DNA of 64,000 nt from Glycera tridactyla. Lineage: Eukaryota. Made by a program: the position numbers and the translations under genes. Location: NCBI GenBank assembly GCA_965644265.1, contig OZ286460.1:95604001-95668000 (forward strand), written 5' to 3'. Below, in pieces: positions 1 through 10,462 of the stretch; the stretch's first letter is position 1; every line of letters starts with the position of its first letter. The notes beneath the pieces are model-generated. The model saw only the letters and a list, made by a program, of their open reading frames with translations, did not search any database and was not told where the DNA came from.

Positions 1-184
1 GTGCATTACGACGACGACGACGACGGCGGCGACGACGACGATGCCCTGGAGCCTTCTACACTGACAGTACATGAATTTAATACCCTGGAACCTACTGCAT
101 CGAGGCGTGCAAAAAAACAAGCTCGACGCCGCGACGTTCAACCGACGTCGCACGACAAAAATCCAATACGTTACATCACACGAC

Positions 185-335
185 AACATTCCAATACATT
201 AGCATAGACTCTGCATGAATGCAGTACATCGCACGACAAATCCAATACATTAGCATAGACTCTGCATGAATGCAATACATCGCACGACAAATCCAATACA
301 TTAGCATAGATTCTGCATGAATGCAATACATCTTG
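185..335. repeat. 51-bp tandem repeat, about 3 copies
   Basis: Unit CGCACGACAAATCCAATACATTAGCATAGACTCTGCATGAATGCAATACAT recurs at 230 and 281; shows as a 17-aa periodicity in ORF 171..377. Confidence 0.9.
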
Positions 336-900
336 CCGGACGACAGACCCAGGCGGGTTAGTGGTAGAGAATGACAAGGGCAGCGATCACACAGAACGTC
401 CTCTTCGGGCATTTTTACAAACGTACCGTCACTTGAGAATACCTGAGATCGCTGCAGTCTGTAACATAGGGAAGGTATTTCGAACCTGCAGTGTAAGATG
501 CATCGCCTAATTGGTGCACAGGACAACTTCAAAAAAGCTTGATGCGACGCTATTTGACGAGGACGACATCACAAGACAAAACCAACACATTAGCATGGAC
601 TCTGCATGAATGCAATACATCTTGCCGGACGACAGACCCAGGCGGGTTAGTGGTAGAGAATGACAAGGGCAGCGATCACACAGAACGTCCTGTTCGGGAA
701 TTTTTACAAACGTACCGTCACTTGAGAATACCTGAGATCGCTGCAGTCTGTAACATAGGGAAGGTATTTCGAACCTGCAGTGTAAGATGCATCGCCTAAT
801 TGGTGCACAGGACAACTTCAAAAAAGCTTGATGCGACGCTATTTGACGAGGACGACATCACAAGACAAAACCAACACCTTAGCATGGACTCTGCATGAAT
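300..900. repeat. 289-bp near-identical tandem duplication
   Basis: ATACATCTTGCCGGACGACAGACCCAGGCGGG... starts at 326 and again at 615; ORFs 176..532 and 507..821 are near-identical. Confidence 0.9.
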
Positions 901-999
901 GCAATTCATCGGCCTAAACTGCGCACCATGCAATACGTCTTGCCGACTATCTGGAGGGGGGGGGGGATCTCATCGAGTGCGCACTCTGGTTTACTGCGA

Positions 1000-2170
1000 C
1001 CCCTTATCGCGAAGACAGTACTTTGAACTTGCAGTATGCCGTGTGCCTGCATAGTACATGAATTTGACACCCTGGAACCTGCTGCATTTAAGGGTGAAAA
1101 ACAGTGGGACAGCGAAATATCAGTGTGCGAGCTTGGCGTATACACCCTGGTTTACTACATTCCCTAGCGTGAAGACAGTATTTCGAACCTTCAATGTGCC
1201 GTGTGCCTACACAGCACATGATTTGATACCCCTTGAACCTGCCGCATTTGAGGGCGAAGATAAAAGTACTCAAGGGTGAAGATAATGGGACAGCAAAATA
1301 TCGCTGTGCGAGCTCAGCGTATGCACTCTGGTTTACCTACATTCCGTAGCGTGAAGACAGTATTTCGAACCTGCAATGCGCCGTGTGCCTGCACAGCACA
1401 TGAATTTGATACCCTGGAACCTTCTGCATTCAAGGGTGAAGATAATGAGACAGCAAAATAATAGTGTGCGAGGGTGGCGTACACACTCTGGCTTACTACA
1501 TTTCGTAGTGTGGAGGCAGTATTTTGAACCTATAATGTGTCGTGTGCCTGCACAGTACCTGAATTCGATACCCCGGAATCTGCCGCATTTAAGGGCGAAG
1601 ATAAAGAGACGGCAAAAAACTACTGGTGAGTGTGCATCGGTGTGACTATAGCGTGCGTACTCTGAATCACTACATTCTATAGCGTGAAGACAGTACTTCG
1701 AACCTGCAATGCGCCTCGTGCCCGCACAGTACATGAATTTGATACCCTGGAACCTGCCGCATTTAAGGGCGAAGATAAAGACACGGCAAAACTACTGGTG
1801 ACTGTAGCGTGCATACTCTGAATCACTACATTCTGTAGCGTGAGGACAATATTTCGAACCTGCACAGTACATGAATTTGATACCCTGGAACCTGCTGCAT
1901 TTAAGGGCGAAGATAAAGAGACGACAAAACTACTAGTGAGTGTGCATCGGTGTGACTGTAGCGTGCATACTCTGATCACTACATTCTGTAGCGTGAAGAC
2001 AGCATTTCGAACCTGCAACATGCCTGCGCAGTGCATGAATTTGATACCCTGGAACCTGCTGCATTCAAGGGCGAAGATAATGAGACGACAAAACTACTAG
2101 TGAGTATGCATCGGGGTGACTGCAGCGTGCATAACCTGAATCACTACATTCTACGGCGTGAAGACAGTAC
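1000..2170. repeat. Diverged satellite array, about 7 units of 140-180 bp
   Basis: Core CAGTACATGAATTTGATACCCTGGAACCTGCTGCATTTAAGGGCGAAGATAA recurs near 1055, 1215, 1396, 1555, 1729, 1867 and 2033, with a related copy near 65. Confidence 0.9.
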
Positions 2171-2267
2171 TACAGTATGCCATGTAACTACACAGAAGAT
2201 CTGGACGGCACAACTGTAGTCCACCTCGCACGAATGAACTGCCAGAAGTGGAGACAGACAGATGGAC

Positions 2268-3146
2268 ATATTTGTTCAAATCGATCGTTCTCAGGACCTC
2301 CCGAGATCGACCTTCTCAAAAAATCTACCTTCATTCAAGCTTACCCCTTCCTACAAAGCAAAAGGAATTAACTTGAATCAGATAGTATCATTGTGTATTG
2401 ATTGATCGTTCCAAAAAATATGCCAATCTTTCATATCATTACATCTATCCCTAACGAGGGACGTATTCACAGTTTTGATTGAGCTGTCCATCTCTCTCTT
2501 TATCCATTTCTAACGTGTTTCTGTTCTCTGCATAACAGATATTTGAAACCGACGGACGCGTTTGCAATTCTGATCATTCAAATTTTTTCGAAAAACCCAT
2601 TTATAGATGCGAGATTATCGAATAAAGAAATTTCGCGTATCCAGGTGACAAACGTATCTGCCCGGTCTGTCTGACCGGTTCGCTCCCATCTATCGGTTAA
2701 ATTTCGGATGATTGATTGCCGGTTAAAAAATATAGATGGCGATTAATCGAACCCGGTCGAAATCGTCCTCTCAACGGACCTATACGAGATCTTTGCGACT
2801 GTCGCTTCCCTGAATCCGTCTACTTAAGATTTTGCGTGATCAGAATGACAGAAGACCATCACCGAATCCAAAGCGGTAAACGTTTCGAGTAGAAAGGAGC
2901 CACTAATCGAGATGAAGGGGCATATAGTTTAAACTATTCTGTGACTAAATCTATCATTTGGGTGAACATGTGGTGGTATGAAAAGCTGGTATATTTTTCT
3001 GACTCTCCAATCATTTTACAATGGTACTATGTGATTCAAGTTAATTTGTTCCCTTTCAGAGTTGGGACATAGTCTTGGGTGCTGTACCTAATTTTTTGGA
3101 GAGGTCGACCTCGGGGGGTCCCGAGGACGACCGATTTAACAAATAT
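2268..3146. repeat. ~880-bp imperfect palindrome at the left terminus
   Basis: ATATTTGTTCAAATCGATCGTTCTCAGGACCTCCCGAGATCGACC (2268) matches the reverse complement of GGTCGACCTCGGGGGGTCCCGAGGACGACCGATTTAACAAATAT (to 3146). Further pairs: AATTAACTTGAATC (~2367) with GATTCAAGTTAATT (~3033), and CCATCTAT (2686) with ATAGATGG (2732). Centre about 2707-2712. Confidence 0.9.
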
Positions 3147-3298
3147 ATCAATTGCCTCTGACTGCACCCAAACAGATTATTGTTGTACTACGGCGTCAAT
3201 ATCTCATGCGGCGAAAATACAGACTGGCGTGGCAATTTAGTACTGTTCGATCGGAGCAACACTACAAGACGAGCTCGATTCTGAGCTGCAGCCTGTCA

Positions 3299-3646
3299 CT
3301 AGCTGAGCAAATCAGCAAAGACATTGTGTGAGGTCCCACAAACCACTTCCAGCCCCTGTACATGTTGGCGTTCTAGACAATCTCTCTCGAGCAACATAAG
3401 TAAGCAAAAACGAACTCTAGGAGGCACCATGACCCATATGATGAATGCGATGAAGGACAACATGTCTTCAACAGTGTGCTCCAGTTCATTTTTTACGTAG
3501 TAATAATCGAAGACGGCTCGCGAAAAAAGCGCCATGCCCTGTATTACGAGTTTAATAAACGAGAATATGTTTTCGTTGGGTTGCTCCAGTTTCATTCTTA
3601 ACCCACAACTGGCCCCAAATCGTCCCACATACAAAGCGCGGATCAA
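3299..3646 (-). CDS. Possible small ORF with a hydrophobic segment, inside the pPolB element
   Basis: 115 codons from a TTG (first ATG about 17 codons in), co-oriented with pPolB, containing MLSFIAFIIWVMV; no homology recognised. Confidence 0.2.
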   Translation of the reverse strand: MIRALYVGRFGASCGLRMKLEQPNENIFSFIKLVIQGMALFSRAVFDYYYVKNELEHTVEDMLSFIAFIIWVMVPPRVRFCLLMLLERDCLERQHVQGLEVVCGTSHNVFADLLS

Positions 3647-3848
3647 TGTTCATCTCAAGTACAGGACAGCTGCCTGCTGTTATTGTACACATCTCAATAT
3701 AGAACACCTACTCGGAAAAAGCATGCTGGCGTTCTCGATACAAGGCAACACACTCCCGCCCCAACTCTCTTCCAGCTGCGAATTAGAATCCAACTGAAGC
3801 AAAATACGACAATGGACGACTGCCGCAAGTGAAATGACAAACAATTCA

Positions 3849-4335
3849 CAGCAAAAGCGACAAATATGGATGGACGGACGGACGGACGAGTGAACGAGAG
3901 ACGGACGGACGGATGAGTGAACGAGAGACGGACGGACGGACGGATGAGTGAACGAGAGGCGGACGGACTGACGGATGAGTGAACGAGAGACGGAAGGACG
4001 GACGGGTGAGTGAACGAGAGATGGACGGACAGACATGTCAACAATAATTCAGTACAGAGATTGTCGTATACTCACACGTGGTCACTGTATCTGGACGGTA
4101 AGTCACAGCAAAAGCGACAAATATGGATGGACGGACGAGTGAACGAGAGACGGACGGACGGACGGATGAGTGAACGAGAGACGGACGGACTGACGGATGA
4201 GTGAACGAGAGACGGAAGGACGGACGGGTGAGTGAACGAGAGATGGACGGACAGACATGTCAACAATAATTCAGTACAGAGATTGTCGTATACTCACACG
4301 TGGTCACTGTATCTGGACGGTAAGTCACAGCAAAA
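3849..4335. repeat. Left subterminal (GGAC)n array with embedded GAGTGAACGAGAGA motif, in a ~240-bp tandem duplication
   Basis: CAGCAAAAGCGACAAATATGGATGGACGGACG... at 3849 and 4106, with a partial third start at 4328; about 9 copies of GAGTGAACGAGA. Confidence 0.9.
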
Positions 4336-4787
4336 CCGCCAACATACACAGCATTTGCAGATAATGTTTCTGCATTCATATAAGGTGGTGCATCTTCTGG
4401 ACAACTGATTATGAAAGAGGCGAGGGTGACAAAACAATAGCACCAAGGTGACATGGGACACATATCTCCCCAAACCATGATTGCTGTACACTGAACGCCG
4501 GCCTCTGGAGGAATGCTTGCAATGCCTGACAGGTATATAATTAGCTTACAAGAAAGACAACACACCGGTGAAGACTTGATTTCTGCCTGCTGCTGCCTAT
4601 ATGGAACAGCTTAATTGCAACCCATGCCGCCCGCTTCACCTGACTGAATGTAGGTGTATGGTCAGCTGAATAACAATATGATTGGTTATGGTAGATACCA
4701 ACTTAGTATATTGTATTTATGCAATAACTACAAACTAGATGATGCACATCAAACAGCGGTTCATGACTCTGGCACTAATTTAGAGCA

Positions 4788-7700
4788 CTACCCCCTGAAT
4801 CCGAACGGCACAGTAGACCCATCCAGTAGCACAACTCGTTTGTCAACTGTGAAATGATATTTCTTGCTGAATTTCCTATCTGTAACCACCGACAAAGTTT
4901 TCTTATCCCTACGAATCTGCTTCTGAGGCACCTCTACAGCAAAATCACAACCGGCTCCATCTCTCAAATATGACTTTGTCATTTCTTTCATTGTATTAAA
5001 ATTAAGAATTTTATCAGCAGCATGTGTGACGGAAAACCCTTTATATTTCAAAACGGTCTCTTTGTTTGACAACCTATATGCATAGCTTTTAGAGCCTGTG
5101 CACACAAACTCTTCAATGGATGTGCCGTCCGGTATCTCTGATGTGAGATTCCCTAAAAAGGGACCGTGTGATGGAGTATACTCCCCATCATTTGCGGTGT
5201 ACATCAAGCTATCTGTGTCGGTGTACAAAAGACGTTCACGGAGCTGTTCCATTTCCTCTAATAATTCGAGCCTACCGTATGCTGTTACAAATGCAGCAAA
5301 GACAACGTTGTTTGCCATCCCTGCCTCAATCATTGCTCTCATGTCAGAATACTCTAACATCAGTACCTCATCTGAAATAATATTAAAATCTTTCAACTTG
5401 ATACGAGGATCTGTCAATTTTGTTATCAACTCATGGGGATTGGCTGATGTCACAAACGTGGTCTGCCTCTTATCTAGACGTTCCGAGAATTTTCCAAAAA
5501 TGGCGTTAAGCAGAACCTTTGCAACATTTCTTTTGGAACTATTGTTTTTTATTTTATTGGGATCTAATTCTACACCTTCATGTGCCAAATAATCTCGACA
5601 ATAGTTCTCTTTCTCTTCATCTGTGACACAATCGAGGGGATATCCACCACTCTCAGTCTTCACCTTCAGCATTTCATTCACATACTTGGAAAAATAATTT
5701 ACAAATTTATCATCAAACGGATCAATTGTATTACGTGTTGTATGTTTATAGTGATAGGTTTCTATGATACGCTTTATCCTATACCTTCTCTTTAATGCTT
5801 GCTGTAATTCTGGGGTCACAAATGTTCCTCTGATCATTCTGTCCTCGTCACCACATTCACAAACATCCTTCTGATTGTTCATCTCAGCACACGTCCTGCA
5901 CAACGTAAATACCAATTTGCCTCTTGCCTTTGATGGAAGGACGGGAAAGAAAAGGTCAGTTGGAGGAAGCACTTCACATTTCACCAAGCCAAATACCTCG
6001 TTGATATCCCCAAAATTGCGCACCCTTATTTCCGGATGGAAACATGGGAACTCCTTATTTTTTTGAACATACGGATAGAGGCTACAGAAATCTGAATATA
6101 GCACCTTCTCCCCTTCAGGAGCAGTATCTCCCGACCAGAGCAACTTTACACATTCTACGCGTCCACCCATAAAGGCATCTCGAGGATCCATAGGCTCATC
6201 AATCTGTAATGTATTATGTATGATTTTGGCATCTTCGTCACCTTCCATTAAAGCCTGAAATTCATGCTCCCAAATGGTGACAACCTTGATACCTAATGAG
6301 CTTAAGTCATTTAAATACATCTGAGAAGAAGCATACATTTCATCAAATGATTTGCCTGTTTTCTTACATTTAATATCGCGGCGACCAGAAGGATAGCATT
6401 TCAGACAAGCATGCCAAAGGCATCCAAAGAAATTGTATATGACAGCAGATGCTGGGGGTGGGCAAGAAACACACTCATTCACATCAGGCTCAGAGTTACC
6501 TGCACCAGGATAATACCCATCAACATGAAACAATTTCCCATCATAACGTCTGATAGTGACCTCTTGCTTATTCCCCGCGTGTAATATTCGAATACTCTCT
6601 TTTTTTGAGATATATTCCAGCCAGGAACAACATTTCTTACTATACAATTTATCATACGAACGATAGCCATCAGCTGGTGTTATTCCAAAAAAAGTTTTTT
6701 CAAATGTCTCTTTAACAACTTCCAATGTTGGAGATGTATTTGCTGGCACCATTCCACACCCCAGATCAACGTTCAGTGCTCCATCTCTCCTAACAGCTTG
6801 GACATCGGCTACAGCAGACGTGTTCTTGTCTCTCACCTTACAGGTGAGAATCTCTGACACATGTTTCTTCCTGAATATCTTCATTGCTAATGAAGCAATA
6901 GTGAAGCATTCACGGAATGGATGCATGCCAGAAAGATCAAATATGATTTTATCAAATGCGATTACAGCCTTCCTCAATATCACTGTATCATTCGTACAAT
7001 ATGAGATGAGCTCGTGCTTAAAATTGAACTTCTGCCCACTCTCCCGTTTTGACTGAATCCATTGATGAAATACTGTCACTTGTGCAGGTTTCATTGTGTC
7101 AACACAATAATCGGCCTCTGGGGGATACGCCCCTTCATAGCCATATTGTGTATGAGCGAGTGTATTGAATAAATGCGGAAAATACCCCTTACACAGTTCG
7201 CCATCAATCTCAGATGTAAGCTCAAACATAGATGGCAACTTCGCTAATGGAACAGGTAAAAACCGTGCCGAATCTATTATTCTTATTTGATGACCAATTT
7301 TCACAAAAAGTAGTTGTCCACCATTCACTACTGTCTTATGAACTTTAACTCTTGATGTTAGCAGTTGACGTAAGACAAAATACTGATCAAACCTACTGCC
7401 ATTATGACTAACAACAGTTGCATATGAATGAAACGCCGAATACATCCACTCGCAAAACTCGGATAAACATGTCAGGCCAAAGAACACACGTCTCCTTCTA
7501 CCACATTTGCTGTTGCGACAATATGGACTTTTGTAGTCATGTATGCCACTGCCCTTCCTATTCCTAACTCTGCAGACAGCACACCTATCGCCACAATGAC
7601 TACAAAATTCTGTCGTGGAAAATGAAGTTTCCTGGCAGAACTTACACCATTTATCGGCAACAACCAAGTTAGGCTGATGGATATAACTTCCACACTTAGC

Positions 7701-9593
7701 ACTTCCACACCTGGTACACTTAACACACTTTGCACATGGATATTCCTGAATGAGACACTTTTGACACCTGTCAGGAGGCGTATACTTATCGTAGCATTGA
7801 TATAATTCATCCTGACAAGTCTCAATATCGAAAGCAATGTATAAAGATATATCATTCTTGCTTGTTGTTCCCTTACGACGGGATTTAATGGACCTAATGT
7901 AACACTGGTGGCGACCTACAACATGCTTCGCACATCTCTTACAAAAGTGTTCTCCGCATTTGTGATCATCTTTCGACCTTGTTTTAGTGTTAACTAACCT
8001 CTTACAATATGGACATAACCATGAATGGGAACACAGAGTATACTGGTACTTCTTGCCTCTCTGTCTTTTATGTTCTTCATAACAAAAAGAACAGGCACAC
8101 AACTTATTACACTCACCACACACAACAGCTGAATCCGGATGAGCACGCCTTTCTGAGAAACATTTCGTGCTCGAACATATGGAACATTTTTTACTACATC
8201 TATGGGTGACCTCCTTCTGACAAGAAGTCTGACAAACATCACAAAAAAAACCATCACCAAATAAACCTTGCGGATTGGTCACGGCATCGTAATGAAAACC
8301 ACCTGATTCAGTCTTCATGTGGAAAACATGAACCAATGTTTCTGCAGAGTGGCGAGTGGCATCGCTGGGAAGTCGCAGCATAGTGTCATGATCAGTAGTT
8401 GATATCACATATACCCCTATGCCTAATGCATCTTCTATCCTATCAATGTCTCCTATTTCAACTGAATACCCATCGTCAAACTTGCACATATTCATAATGA
8501 TTCTGCAACCTGCATTCTGCTCACCTCGAGATGATTTTGTTAGATCTGTATATAATGAATCAGAAAAGCATCTATTCTCTATAGCAATGTCAATCCGTCG
8601 TCTGCCCTCAATGTGGCCATACAACGTCTTCCACTCATTATTCCTAATTTTGGCATGAAATGCCCAAGAAACAAGAATAGCCCGTACAAGACACAGATTA
8701 TCATCGTTATAAATAACGACCATGCTCCTCTTCCTCATCCTATCATTATTCTCGCCTTCTAGGTGCATAAGAGGAAACCTAGCACCTCCTTGGACACGAT
8801 TAATGACCTGCACTTGGATCCTCAACGTAGCATCAGCTTTGAGGCCTCTTTTTGACTGGGAGACGGCTTCTATCCTATCTAAAATAGATTGAGGGGTTAC
8901 ATTCCCTAATTCCTGTAATGGAACTACAACAGGAGAATCAAGTTCGGCCTGATGAATAACCACCCTGAACAACGAGTCTGACCTTGCTTCCTCTCTAATT
9001 GAACCAATAACAATATCGAATAAACGTAGCAAAGTTGAAGATAGATCTGTTAGCAATGGAGCTGATTCTAAAAACATGGAATTAAGAAATACTTCAAAAT
9101 CAACACTCATTCCACGATTATTCAAAAAATTTCTAACATTCACCCTACGAATAGTGAATTCAGGATCAACTCTGGAAACTGCTGATAGAGATAAATCTCT
9201 TCCATCGGAATCACGTTGTATAGGAAAGTCAGATATCTCACCATCAGGACTCGCAATTGGCGGATTAGGAGAAGGATGCGCGGAATCATTGTTACGTGAA
9301 CGTTGGCCCATAGATGGCAATGGAGGCTCCCCTCTAGCGCTAGGACGTTGACCGTTGTCTCCTTCTACTGAACGATCTAGAATCTGGTGCGTTCTTCCAT
9401 CGCTGGTACCCGGCTGGGGGTCGTCATGATGTGCCCCCTGTCTCTGGTCGCTTCCATCTCCCTGATTGGGGACACTATGATCGTGCTTACGATGCCGCCC
9501 CTTCTTACCACGCTTCCCAAATCCGACCTGCTCACTCTGAAATGATAAATCATCATCATCGTCATGTAATTGAATGAAAACAATCCTGAACAA
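4788..9593 (-). CDS. Protein-primed family-B DNA polymerase (Polinton/Maverick type) with putative terminal protein, OTU-like protease, Cys-rich regions and VSR-like nuclease insertion
   Basis: 1601 codons with no stop. ExoI FDIET, ExoII HNGSRFD, DSARFLP, KGYFPHLFN, ExoIII YCTND, DPRDAFMGGRVE, motif A DFCSLYP, motif B KVLLNAIFGKF, motif C YTDTDS. The ORF opens at TTG, so the true start may be a spliced upstream exon. Confidence 0.96.
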   Translation of the reverse strand: MFRIVFIQLHDDDDDLSFQSEQVGFGKRGKKGRHRKHDHSVPNQGDGSDQRQGAHHDDPQPGTSDGRTHQILDRSVEGDNGQRPSARGEPPLPSMGQRSRNNDSAHPSPNPPIASPDGEISDFPIQRDSDGRDLSLSAVSRVDPEFTIRRVNVRNFLNNRGMSVDFEVFLNSMFLESAPLLTDLSSTLLRLFDIVIGSIREEARSDSLFRVVIHQAELDSPVVVPLQELGNVTPQSILDRIEAVSQSKRGLKADATLRIQVQVINRVQGGARFPLMHLEGENNDRMRKRSMVVIYNDDNLCLVRAILVSWAFHAKIRNNEWKTLYGHIEGRRRIDIAIENRCFSDSLYTDLTKSSRGEQNAGCRIIMNMCKFDDGYSVEIGDIDRIEDALGIGVYVISTTDHDTMLRLPSDATRHSAETLVHVFHMKTESGGFHYDAVTNPQGLFGDGFFCDVCQTSCQKEVTHRCSKKCSICSSTKCFSERRAHPDSAVVCGECNKLCACSFCYEEHKRQRGKKYQYTLCSHSWLCPYCKRLVNTKTRSKDDHKCGEHFCKRCAKHVVGRHQCYIRSIKSRRKGTTSKNDISLYIAFDIETCQDELYQCYDKYTPPDRCQKCLIQEYPCAKCVKCTRCGSAKCGSYIHQPNLVVADKWCKFCQETSFSTTEFCSHCGDRCAVCRVRNRKGSGIHDYKSPYCRNSKCGRRRRVFFGLTCLSEFCEWMYSAFHSYATVVSHNGSRFDQYFVLRQLLTSRVKVHKTVVNGGQLLFVKIGHQIRIIDSARFLPVPLAKLPSMFELTSEIDGELCKGYFPHLFNTLAHTQYGYEGAYPPEADYCVDTMKPAQVTVFHQWIQSKRESGQKFNFKHELISYCTNDTVILRKAVIAFDKIIFDLSGMHPFRECFTIASLAMKIFRKKHVSEILTCKVRDKNTSAVADVQAVRRDGALNVDLGCGMVPANTSPTLEVVKETFEKTFFGITPADGYRSYDKLYSKKCCSWLEYISKKESIRILHAGNKQEVTIRRYDGKLFHVDGYYPGAGNSEPDVNECVSCPPPASAVIYNFFGCLWHACLKCYPSGRRDIKCKKTGKSFDEMYASSQMYLNDLSSLGIKVVTIWEHEFQALMEGDEDAKIIHNTLQIDEPMDPRDAFMGGRVECVKLLWSGDTAPEGEKVLYSDFCSLYPYVQKNKEFPCFHPEIRVRNFGDINEVFGLVKCEVLPPTDLFFPVLPSKARGKLVFTLCRTCAEMNNQKDVCECGDEDRMIRGTFVTPELQQALKRRYRIKRIIETYHYKHTTRNTIDPFDDKFVNYFSKYVNEMLKVKTESGGYPLDCVTDEEKENYCRDYLAHEGVELDPNKIKNNSSKRNVAKVLLNAIFGKFSERLDKRQTTFVTSANPHELITKLTDPRIKLKDFNIISDEVLMLEYSDMRAMIEAGMANNVVFAAFVTAYGRLELLEEMEQLRERLLYTDTDSLMYTANDGEYTPSHGPFLGNLTSEIPDGTSIEEFVCTGSKSYAYRLSNKETVLKYKGFSVTHAADKILNFNTMKEMTKSYLRDGAGCDFAVEVPQKQIRRDKKTLSVVTDRKFSKKYHFTVDKRVVLLDGSTVPFGFRG

Positions 9594-9886
9594 GATACAC
9601 TAGGCTTCGCAGCATATGTAATACCAACTGCCGATCATGACACCGCGCCACATCTCCCGGCGATGCCACTCTGCGAAAAGATTAATCCATGTTTTTCGCA
9701 TATAAAGGTGGCCCAGCTAGTTCCATTTTGATGCCGTGACGAATCTACAAGACTATAGTTTTCCTTTGACATTCCAAGTTCTTGTCAAAAACGGTCACCC
9801 ATTTGCAGTAATGAAAACATTTCTTCCTTCCAACACATCCCGATATCACATCTCCCCAAACCGATACTGCCTTTATCACGTCATCA

Positions 9887-10462
9887 TTACATCACTGAAC
9901 TCACCTTCCTGGCACGCCGCTCCGCCAGTGAAGATTTCACTTTAGCAGATGGGGATGGATGCTCACCAAACAGACCATAATAAAACGACAACAAACGTTC
10001 GACAGGAAGAGATTCCGAGATCTCAACAAGCTCCCCTGTGCCGTCACAATCGCGTATTCTCTCCAATGCTCGAGAAGACATATCCCCCTCTACAAGCTGA
10101 GGCAGTTCCTCCGCTGTCATAGACGCAGCCATTTGATTGTAGTAATCTATCAAACTCCGCTGAACGCCTTCATCCGACAGAAGAGATGGATCCTCGGCCA
10201 ACAGCGATTCCGCAGTTTCACCAGGGAGAAACCTAGCAATCCCCCTCGCACTCATCACAGTTTGCCGTTGTTCCGGTTGCAGCTGCTTCAAAACCTCCAA
10301 AAAACTCTCTCTCCACCACTCACTACAAGAAATTCGATGATTACTAGCCACCATTGAGCATAGAAAACGGCCAAAAGAGCTGCACAAATGGTAATCACTC
10401 GATACCATTGATATTTTCATAAGCATGTAAACAATATCAGAGGGCTGTACAAAACTTCCCAT
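9887..10462 (-). CDS. Hypothetical 191-aa protein of the pPolB element
   Basis: ATG-initiated, normal amino-acid composition, co-oriented and directly upstream of pPolB; no recognised family. Confidence 0.6.
   Translation of the reverse strand: MGSFVQPSDIVYMLMKISMVSSDYHLCSSFGRFLCSMVASNHRISCSEWWRESFLEVLKQLQPEQRQTVMSARGIARFLPGETAESLLAEDPSLLSDEGVQRSLIDYYNQMAASMTAEELPQLVEGDMSSRALERIRDCDGTGELVEISESLPVERLLSFYYGLFGEHPSPSAKVKSSLAERRARKVSSVM

Noticed and set aside
185-2170. Tandem arrays as CRISPR-like repeats
   Set aside because: Eukaryotic context, no unique spacers between constant repeats and no cas genes.
3680-4266. ORFs with SVRPS/THPSV repeats (also 11802-12376)
   Set aside because: Translations of the GGAC/GTCC arrays, with no coding signature.
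4260-4565. 101-codon ORF downstream of pPolB
   Set aside because: Non-ATG start, ends within the tandem duplication, and has no recognisable motifs.
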